The translations under genes were made by a program, and so were the position numbers. Shown here piece after piece: positions 6,776 through 13,274 of a stretch of DNA of 13,274 nt (position 1 is the stretch's first letter; the number at the start of each line of letters is the position of its first letter). Below the pieces are notes generated by a model. The model worked only from the letters and a program-made list of their open reading frames with translations, ran no database searches and had not been told where the DNA came from. This DNA comes from Candidatus Methylomirabilia bacterium (lineage in GTDB: Bacteria; Methylomirabilota; Methylomirabilia; Rokubacteriales; CSP1-6), in NCBI GenBank assembly GCA_041497895.1, contig JBGQHJ010000131.1, positions 1 through 13,274 of the forward strand, read 5' to 3'.

Positions 6776-8575
6776 CTACGCTTCCTTGTACCAGAACGGA
6801 AGCTGCCAGAAATCCGAGTCCCAGCCGCTCTGGACCGCCTTCAGCTTGTTGCTGATCGCGGCCACCCGCGGCCGCCACGCCACCGGGATGACCACCACGT
6901 TCTTGATCACCATGTCGTTCATCTGGATGAAGGTGGCGGCGCGCTTCACCGGGTCGAGCTCGTTCTCGGCCGCGCGGTAGAGCTTGCCGTACTCCTCGCT
7001 CTGCCAGCGGGTGATGTTGCGCCCCTGCCACTTGTTCTCCTTGGACGCGATCTCCCAGGGGGTGAACGCGAGCATGAAGTCCTGGGGATCCGGCATGGTC
7101 TGGGTCACGGTGTACATCTGGATGTCGGTGGCGAAGTGCGGATAGGTGTCCCAGTTCGCGGGGTCCGACGAGAAGTACACCGACGCGGTCACCGACTTGA
7201 TCTCGACCTCGATGCCCGCCTTGGCGCACGCCTGCTTGACGATCTGCTGGTTCTTCTGACGGGGGGCGTTGATCGAGGTCTGGTAGACGATCTTGAGCTT
7301 CTTGCCGTCCTTGGCCCGGATCCCGTCGGCGCCCTTCTTCCAGCCGGCCTGCTCCAGGACCTGGTTGGCCTTGTCGACGTTGAACTCCCACTTGTTGTTC
7401 TTCGAAGAATAGCGGGCGGGGGCGTTCAGGTAGTTCGCGGTGGTGATCGCGGTGCGGCCGTAGATCTCCTCCTGCACGGAGGCGCGGTCCACCAGCAGGC
7501 TCAGGGCCTGGCGCACCGCGGGGTCGGTCAGGAAGGGGTGCTTGGACTTGATGCTGGAGCGCTCGCCGTCGACCTCGGTCCACGGGTCGGTGTTGTTGAG
7601 CTGGATGTGCTCCATGTTGCCGCCGGTGACCATGTCCGCCTTGCCCCGGCCGCCCTGCTCGAAGCGCTTGAGGATCTCGTCCTCCACCTGCATGTTCCAG
7701 GCGTAGTCGTACTCGCCGGTCTGCATGACCGCGCGCGCGGCCGAGACCGCGTCGCCGCCGCCCTTCATCTCGATGGAGTCGAAGAAGGGCCGGTTCGGCA
7801 CGTGGTAGTTGAGGTTGATCTCTCCCCGGACGATGTCACCCGGCTTGAAGTCCACGAACTTGAAGGGGCCGGTGCCGACCGGCTTCAGGTTGTTCGGCGC
7901 CTCGCGCGACTTCTCGCCCTTGTAGGCCTCGAAGAGGTGCTTGGGGATGATCATGCCGTTGACGCCGCAGAAGGCGTCGGCCCAGAACGGCACCGGCTTC
8001 TTGAACACCAGGCGGACGGTGTGGGAGTCGAGGGTGTCGATCTTCTCGATGTCGACGTACGACCCGAGCGTGCGCGCCGCGGTCTTGGGATCGCGGGCGA
8101 ACTCCCAGTTGAAGACGACGTCGGCCGCGGTGAACGGCTTGCCGTCGTGCCAGGTGACTCCCTTCTTGAGCTTCCAGGTGACCGAGCGGCCGTCCTTGCT
8201 GACCCCGCCGTTCTGCACGCTCGGGATCTCGGCGGCCAGCACCGGGAAGAGATTGCCCTCGGGGTCATTGGAGGCCAGCGGCTCGTAGAAGATCCGGGAG
8301 CCGTCCTGGTCCTTGGTGCCGGTGGCGAAGTGCGGGTTGAGCAGGGTCGGCGCCTGCCACCACAGGACCTTGAGCTGGCCGCCCCCGCCGCGCTTCGTGG
8401 GATTGAACATCCCGCCGCTCTTGGGCTGGGCCTGGGCGACCCCGGCCGAGGCCAGCATCTGACCGGCCAGGGGGGCGGTCAGACCGAGCGCGACCATGGC
8501 CTGGACGAACGCGCGGCGGCTCAGAGTCCCGGCCTTGACCTGGCCGATCATGTCCCTCAGTGCATGTTCTTGCAT
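6776..8575 (-). CDS. Family-5 (peptide/nickel) ABC substrate-binding protein, Tat-exported, copy 1 (599 aa)
   Basis: AGGAGG SD at 8583-8588. Twin-arginine SRRAFV with AQA|Q cleavage site. Family-5 signature VTWKLKKGVTWHDGKPFTAADVVF, plus PVGTGPF and DPAVRQAL...VDR. Confidence 0.95.
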   Translation of the reverse strand: MQEHALRDMIGQVKAGTLSRRAFVQAMVALGLTAPLAGQMLASAGVAQAQPKSGGMFNPTKRGGGGQLKVLWWQAPTLLNPHFATGTKDQDGSRIFYEPLASNDPEGNLFPVLAAEIPSVQNGGVSKDGRSVTWKLKKGVTWHDGKPFTAADVVFNWEFARDPKTAARTLGSYVDIEKIDTLDSHTVRLVFKKPVPFWADAFCGVNGMIIPKHLFEAYKGEKSREAPNNLKPVGTGPFKFVDFKPGDIVRGEINLNYHVPNRPFFDSIEMKGGGDAVSAARAVMQTGEYDYAWNMQVEDEILKRFEQGGRGKADMVTGGNMEHIQLNNTDPWTEVDGERSSIKSKHPFLTDPAVRQALSLLVDRASVQEEIYGRTAITTANYLNAPARYSSKNNKWEFNVDKANQVLEQAGWKKGADGIRAKDGKKLKIVYQTSINAPRQKNQQIVKQACAKAGIEVEIKSVTASVYFSSDPANWDTYPHFATDIQMYTVTQTMPDPQDFMLAFTPWEIASKENKWQGRNITRWQSEEYGKLYRAAENELDPVKRAATFIQMNDMVIKNVVVIPVAWRPRVAAISNKLKAVQSGWDSDFWQLPFWYKEA

Positions 8576-8622
8576 CGATGGCCCTCCTGGGAGTGGTCTG
8601 CGGTGACCGGGCTGGATGGCCC

Positions 8623-8652
8623 GTTATACGGCCTCGGTGCCGAAACTGTCAA
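8623..8652 (-). promoter_or_regulatory. Sigma70-type promoter for SBP copy 1 and the permeases
   Basis: On the - strand: TTGACA (8652-8647), 18-nt spacer, TATAAC (8628-8623). This matches 11 of 12 consensus positions in GC-rich DNA and lies 47 nt upstream of the ATG. Confidence 0.75.
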
Positions 8653-8672
8653 GTTGTCCGCCGGGTTCCGCG

Positions 8673-10472
8673 CTATGCCTGCTTGTACCAGTACGGCAGC
8701 CGCCAGAAGGTGGAGTCCCAGCCGGTGAGGTCCAGGCCCATGAGGGCGTTGGCCGCCCCCGAGACGCCGCTGCGCCACAGGACCGGGATGACCACCACGT
8801 TGGCGATCACGATGTCGTTCATCTTGATGAACAGCGCCGCGCGCTTGACCGGGTCGACCTCGCTGTCGGCGGCCTTGTAGGTCCGGTCGTACTCGTCGCT
8901 CTTGAACCGGGTGACGTTGCGCCCCTGCCACTTGTTGGCCTTCTGCGAGGCCTCCCACGAGCAGAACTGGTTCATGAAATACTGGGGGTCCGGCGCGGTC
9001 ATGGTGGTGTTGTACATCTGGAGGTCCGCGTAGAAGTGCGGGTAGGTGTCGGAGTTGGCCGGGTCCGACGAGAAGAACACCGAGGCCACCACCGACTTGA
9101 TCTCGATCTCGATGCCCGCCTTGGCGGCCGCCTGCTTGACGATGGCCTGGTTCTTCTGGCGGGGGGCGTTGATCGAGGTCTGGAAGACGAACTTGAGCCG
9201 CTTGCCGTCCTTGGCCCGGATGCCGTCGGCGCCACGCTTCCAGCCGGCCGCGTCGAGGACCTGGTTGGCCTTGTCCACGTTGAACTCCCAGCGGGTGTTC
9301 TTCGAGTAGAACCGCGACGGGGCGTTGAGGAAGTTCGCGCTGGTCTGCCCGCCGCGCCCGTAGATCTCCTCCTGCACCGCGGCCCGGTCCACCAGCAGGT
9401 TCAGGGCCTGACGCACCGCCGGGTCCGCGAGCGTCGGGTGGGTGGTCTTGGCGCTGGACCGCTCGCCCTCCACCTCGGTCCACGGGTCGGAGAAATTGCA
9501 CTGCATGTGCTCGGGGTTGCCGGTGGGCCAGATGTTCACCCGCCCCTTGCCGCCCTGCTCCAGGCGCCGCAGGATGTCGTCCTCCACCTGCAGGTTCCAG
9601 GCGTAGTCGTACTCGCCGGTCTGCAGCACCGCTCGGGCCGCCGAGGCGGCGTAGCCGCCGCCCTTCATCTCGATGGCGTCGAAGAACGGGCGGTTCGGCA
9701 CGTGGTACGCGGGGTTCGCCTCCCCGCGCACGGTGTCGCCCGGCTTGAAGTCGACGATGCGGTAGGCGCCGGTGCCGACGGGCCGGAGATTGGCCGGCGC
9801 CTCGCGGCTCTTGGCCCCCTTGAACGGGTCGAAGACGTGCTTGGGCAGGATCGATCCGCGGGTGCCGCAGAAGGGATCGGCCCAGAACGGCTGGGGCTTG
9901 TTGAACGTGAGCTTGACGACGTGGCTGTCGAGCTTCTCGATCTTGGCGATCTCGTGATACGAGCCGCTGCTCACCGCCGCGGTGGCCGGGTCGGAGGCGA
10001 ACTCGTAAGTGAAGACCACGTCGTCGGCGGTGAACGGCTTGCCGTCGTGCCACGTCACGCCCTTCTTGAGGCGCCAGGTGACCGCGGTGAGGTCGCGGGA
10101 GAGCCCGCCGTTCTGCACGCTCGGCGTCTCGGCGGCGAGGATCGGGATCACGTTGCCGTCGGGATCGAAGCCGGCCAGCGGCTCGTAGAAGATCCGCGAA
10201 GCGTCCTGGTCCTTGGTGCCGGTGGCGAAGTGCGGGTTCAGCAGCGTGGGCGCTTGCCACCAGAGGGTCTTGAGCAGCCCGCCGCCACCGCGCTTCGTCG
10301 GGGTGAACGCGGGAGCCTTGGACTGGGCCCGCGCGACCCCGGCGGAGCCCAGCATCTGGACGGCCATCGGGGCGGTGAGGCCCAGGCCGACCATCATCTG
10401 GACGAAGGCGCGGCGGCCGAGACGGCCCGCCTTGACGTGGGCGATCAGCTCGTGGAGTGCGTGGTGGTCCAT
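8673..10472 (-). CDS. Family-5 ABC substrate-binding protein, Tat-exported, copy 2 (599 aa; paralog of 6776-8575)
   Basis: GAGGA SD. Twin-arginine GRRAFV with ARA|Q cleavage site. VTWRLKKGVTWHDGKPFTADDVVF. Collinear with copy 1 over its full length. Confidence 0.95.
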   Translation of the reverse strand: MDHHALHELIAHVKAGRLGRRAFVQMMVGLGLTAPMAVQMLGSAGVARAQSKAPAFTPTKRGGGGLLKTLWWQAPTLLNPHFATGTKDQDASRIFYEPLAGFDPDGNVIPILAAETPSVQNGGLSRDLTAVTWRLKKGVTWHDGKPFTADDVVFTYEFASDPATAAVSSGSYHEIAKIEKLDSHVVKLTFNKPQPFWADPFCGTRGSILPKHVFDPFKGAKSREAPANLRPVGTGAYRIVDFKPGDTVRGEANPAYHVPNRPFFDAIEMKGGGYAASAARAVLQTGEYDYAWNLQVEDDILRRLEQGGKGRVNIWPTGNPEHMQCNFSDPWTEVEGERSSAKTTHPTLADPAVRQALNLLVDRAAVQEEIYGRGGQTSANFLNAPSRFYSKNTRWEFNVDKANQVLDAAGWKRGADGIRAKDGKRLKFVFQTSINAPRQKNQAIVKQAAAKAGIEIEIKSVVASVFFSSDPANSDTYPHFYADLQMYNTTMTAPDPQYFMNQFCSWEASQKANKWQGRNVTRFKSDEYDRTYKAADSEVDPVKRAALFIKMNDIVIANVVVIPVLWRSGVSGAANALMGLDLTGWDSTFWRLPYWYKQA

Positions 10473-10487
10473 GGGGTCCTCGTCGAG

Positions 10488-11566
10488 TTAGAGGGCAGCG
10501 ATCACGGCGTCGGCGCATCGGCGGGTCGAGGCCGATCCGCCGATGTCCTGGGTATGAGCGCGGGAATCGGTGAGGGCGCGGGCCACCGCCGCGTCGATGC
10601 GGTCGGCGGCGGCGGTCACCGCGGGGTCTCCATGCTGGAGGCCGAGCCAGCGGCACAGGAGCGCGGCCGAGAGGATGGCCGCGATCGGGTTGGCGAGGTC
10701 CTTGCCGGCGATGTCGGGGGCGCTGCCGTGGCAGGGCTGGAAGAGCGCGTAGCGGTCGCCCACGTCGCCCGAGGGGGCCAGGCCGAGCCCGCCCACGGTG
10801 GCGGCGCCGAGGTCGGACAGGATGTCGCCGAACATGTTCTCGAGCACGATCACGTCGTAGCGCCACGGCGCCTGCACCACGTACATGCTCATCGCGTCCA
10901 CGTAGGCGAAGTCGGTGCGCACGTCGGGGTAGGCGCACGCGGTCTCCTGGAATACCTGGCGGAAGAACGCGTAGGAGCGGAACACGTTGGCCTTGTCCGC
11001 GCAAGTGACGCGGGTGACGCCGTCGGCGGGCGCCCCGTGGCCGCGCGCCCGCGCGGTCTCGAAGGCGCGGCGTACCACCCGCTCGGTGCCCTTGCGCGTG
11101 ATGACCAGCGTGTCCACCGCCAGCTCCTCGCCGACCTTGGAGCCGCCGCCCAGCGAGGCGAAGAGGCCCTCGGTGTTCTCGCGGAAGATCACGTAGTCGA
11201 TGCGCCCGTCGGCGGGCAGGCGCAGGGGACTCGGCACGCCGGGGTAGAGCTTCACCGGTCGCATGCCCGCGTAGAGATCGAGGACGATGCGGAGCGTGAT
11301 CTGGGGCGTGAGCTCGGTGCGGTCGGCGTGCGGATGTCGGGCAGCCCGGCCGCGCCGAAGAGGATGGCGTCGACCGCCCGGCAGAGGTCCACCGTCTCGC
11401 GGGGGAGATCCTCGCCGGTGCGCCGGTAGAGCGCGGCGCCGACCTCCGCCTCCTCGAACGAGAAGCGCAGCCCGTCCCGCTGGCTCGCCTCGAGCAGGCG
11501 CACCGCCTCGCCCAGCACCTCGGGCCCGATCCCGTCGCCGCCGATCTGGGCGATCTTGTAGTGCAC
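10488..11566 (-). pseudogene. Isocitrate/isopropylmalate/tartrate dehydrogenase family gene with a 1-nt frameshift near 11321-11333 (about 359 aa if repaired; may be a sequencing error)
   Basis: The N-terminal half from GTG 11566 (HYKIAQIGGDGIGPEV...DAILFGAAGLPDIR) is in one frame. The remainder (TELTPQITLRIVLDLYAGMRPVKL...RENTEG...DKANV...VDAM...NMFGDILSDL...HGSAPDIAGK..ANP) is in another. Span is 1079 nt, one base short of 360 codons. Confidence 0.85.
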
Positions 11567-11623
11567 GTGATTTACGGTCGCCGCCGCCGTGAGTGGGCTG
11601 CCGCCGTGACGGCCTGTTTTGTA

Positions 11624-11663
11624 TCGGGGGGGAGCGGGCGCCGCTCCTCCCCCGAGCCCCCCC
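11624..11663 (-). repeat. G/C-run hairpin (REP-like) between pdxA and the dehydrogenase gene
   Basis: 14-bp stem 11624-11637/11641-11655 with one bulged base and a 3-nt loop. On the - strand it is preceded by G7 and followed by TACAAAACA. No U-tract follows it in either orientation. Confidence 0.6.
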
Positions 11664-11696
11664 ACCGCCGTCCGGATATGCCGTGCCGGTGCGGGC

Positions 11697-12749
11697 TCAC
11701 CGATCCGTGTTTACTTTTTCCGCGGTGAGCATGCGGACGGCGACGTCGATGGCTTCGAGCATGCTCTCGGGGTTGGCGATGCCCTTCCAGGCGCGGTCGA
11801 AGGCGGTGCCGTGGTCGACCGAGACGCGCAGGAACGGCAGGCCGACCGTGACGTTGACCCCGGAGAGCCCGGTCCAGCTGCCGCTCTTCTCGTCGTAGTT
11901 GAAGCCGAGGGTCTTGACCGGGACGTGGCCCTGGTCGTGGTACATCGCGACCACGATGTCGAACTCCCCGCCGCGCGCGCGCGAGAAGAGCGTGTCGGCG
12001 GGCAGGGGGCCGTACACGTCGAGTCCCTGTCGGCGCGCCTCCTCGACGGCGGGGATGATCTGGGTCTTCTCCTCGTCGCCGAAGAGGCCGTCCTCGCCCG
12101 CGTGCGGGTTGAGCCCGCACACCGCGATCCGGGCCCGCGGGCGACCGAGCCCGGTCATGGTCTGCTGCGCGAGCTGGATGACCCGGCCGACCCGCTCGCG
12201 GGTCACCAGGTCCGGGACGCGCCGCAGGGCCACGTGGGTGGTCACGTGGATCACGCGCAGCTCCTTGCCCATCAGCAGCATCGCGAAGTCCTTGGTCGCG
12301 GTCAGCCGCGCCAGGATCTCGGTGTGGCCGGAGTGCTGCACGCCGGCGGCCGCGAGCGCCTCCTTGTTGACCGGCGCGGTGACGATGGCGTCGATCTTCC
12401 CGGCCTGGCAGAGCCGCACCCCGGCCTCGATGTAGGCGTAGGCGGCGCGTCCGGCCTCCGGGCTCACGGTGGACTTGGGCAAGGTCGCGCAGTCCACGTT
12501 GGCGAGGTCCAGGCACTCGAGCTGCCCCGGCCGGAACTCGCAGGCGTCCACCGAGGAGACCGCGTGGAGCGTGAGGGGCGAGCGGAGCAGGCCGAGCGTG
12601 GCCGCCATCACCGACCGGTCGCCGATCACCACCGCGTGGCAGGCGGCGGCGACCTCCGGACGGGCCAGGGCCTTGGCGATGATCTCCGGGCCGACCCCGG
12701 CAGGGTCCCCCATGGTGATGCCGAGCACGGGAACGCGGGCAGCGGTCAC
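11697..12749 (-). CDS. pdxA: PdxA-family dehydrogenase, probably PdxA2 (D-threonate/D-erythronate 4-phosphate dehydrogenase) (350 aa)
   Basis: GTG start overlapping the kinase TGA (GTGA) with a GGAGG SD. Motifs GITMGDPAGVGPE, TAPVNK, GHTE, HVTTH, GLNPHAGE.GLFG.EE, GPLPADTLF, AMYHDQG and NVTVGLPFLRVSVDHGTAFD. Adjacency to a DUF1537 kinase favours PdxA2. Confidence 0.93.
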   Translation of the reverse strand: MTAARVPVLGITMGDPAGVGPEIIAKALARPEVAAACHAVVIGDRSVMAATLGLLRSPLTLHAVSSVDACEFRPGQLECLDLANVDCATLPKSTVSPEAGRAAYAYIEAGVRLCQAGKIDAIVTAPVNKEALAAAGVQHSGHTEILARLTATKDFAMLLMGKELRVIHVTTHVALRRVPDLVTRERVGRVIQLAQQTMTGLGRPRARIAVCGLNPHAGEDGLFGDEEKTQIIPAVEEARRQGLDVYGPLPADTLFSRARGGEFDIVVAMYHDQGHVPVKTLGFNYDEKSGSWTGLSGVNVTVGLPFLRVSVDHGTAFDRAWKGIANPESMLEAIDVAVRMLTAEKVNTDR

Positions 12750-13274
12750 GAGGTTCCTCCGAGGAGCGCGGTGAAGAGATCCGGCCGGCCGAATCCGCCG
12801 GCCTTGGTGAGCACGGGCAGGACCGGCGCTCCGTCGCGGGTCAGGTGGCCCAGCGCCAGGCCGTCGGCGGGCGCGCCGAGCAGCTCGAAGCGGCGGGGCC
12901 GGAGCGCGCGGAGCAGGGCGTGGGCGGTGTCGCCGCCGGTGACCGCCACCAGGTCGGCCCGGGCGCGGTCGAGGATGCATGTCGCGGTGTCCGCCAGGCG
13001 CCGGACGATCGCCTCGCGGGCCGCGGGGGTGGAGGCGCTCGCCACCACCGCGGGCCGCCTGCGCTCGAGCGCCGCGATCGCGGGCGCCGGGTCGCCCCGG
13101 CCGGAGGCGTCGACGGTCACCACCGCGACCCCGGCGCGCTCGAGCGCGTCGAGCTGGGCCCGGCTGGCCGGATGGAGGCTGCCGACCACGACGAGCCGGG
13201 CCGGGCCCGCGGGCAGAGCGACCGCCGGTCCGGCCAGCCCGAGCGCGTCGCTCAGCGCGCGCCCGAGGCCCGCC
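12746..13274 (-). CDS. Four-carbon acid-sugar kinase (DUF1537, DtnK/DenK-like), C-terminal nucleotide-binding domain (5'-truncated)
   Basis: Frame is open to the window edge. Motifs AGLGRAL, LVVVGSLHPASRAQL, VTGGDTA and LTKAGGFG. Translationally coupled to pdxA. Confidence 0.88.
   Translation of the reverse strand, partial: AGLGRALSDALGLAGPAVALPAGPARLVVVGSLHPASRAQLDALERAGVAVVTVDASGRGDPAPAIAALERRRPAVVASASTPAAREAIVRRLADTATCILDRARADLVAVTGGDTAHALLRALRPRRFELLGAPADGLALGHLTRDGAPVLPVLTKAGGFGRPDLFTALLGGTS

Noticed and set aside
7180..9300. Long near-identical DNA stretches as a mobile element or assembly duplication
   Set aside because: They are conserved blocks of the two SBP paralogs, which differ throughout including at synonymous sites, consistent with an old gene duplication.
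8557..11004. 815-aa - strand alternative-frame ORF and other Arg/Pro/Gly-rich ORFs (1455-2543, 4630-5595, 6642-7583, 11572-12516)
   Set aside because: Off-frame translations of GC-rich genes with low-complexity R/P/G composition that overlap well-supported CDSs.
8616..11429. 937-aa + strand ORF, and similar long antisense ORFs at 1643-3025, 3018-4664, 4833-5681 and 7136-8728
   Set aside because: These are codon-register mirrors of real genes, expected in high-GC DNA where antisense stops are rare. They have no recognisable motifs.
10488..11566. Assigning leuB, icd or ttuC to the dehydrogenase
   Set aside because: No leu operon context and the catalytic residues are atypical, so specificity cannot be read from the sequence.
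11697..12749. pdxA as a vitamin B6 biosynthesis gene
   Set aside because: It is coupled to a DUF1537 kinase rather than surA/ksgA or pdxJ, which points to the catabolic PdxA2 role.
438..12980. Longer ORF-track starts at 438, 670, 5753, 11665 and 12980
   Set aside because: The extensions overlap neighbouring genes or hairpins. Coupled or motif-consistent starts at 540, 1030, 5675, 11566 and 12749 fit better.

Overview
High-GC (roughly 70%) bacterial chromosomal segment. Gene style and an intergenic repeat suggest Ca. Rokubacteria/Methylomirabilota, which is an unverified inference. Left, + strand: 3' end of an M20 peptidase/deacylase, an SSAT-like GNAT acetyltransferase and a secreted MORN-variant repeat protein. 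These converge on an amidase-signature amidase (-), which is divergent from a D-aminoacylase-family amidohydrolase (+) carrying a non-canonical KxH metal motif. Right, - strand, in transcription order: DUF1537 four-carbon acid-sugar kinase (truncated), PdxA2-like dehydrogenase, a frameshifted IPMDH/tartrate-dehydrogenase-family gene with altered catalytic residues, two tandem 599-aa Tat-exported family-5 ABC binding proteins separated by a near-consensus sigma70 promoter, and two Opp/Dpp permeases with no ATPase genes. The most striking non-coding feature is a 127-nt rod-like hairpin (6649-6775) with four G-A/G-A internal loops that folds best on the strand opposite to the operon. No CRISPR array, RNA gene or transposase was seen.
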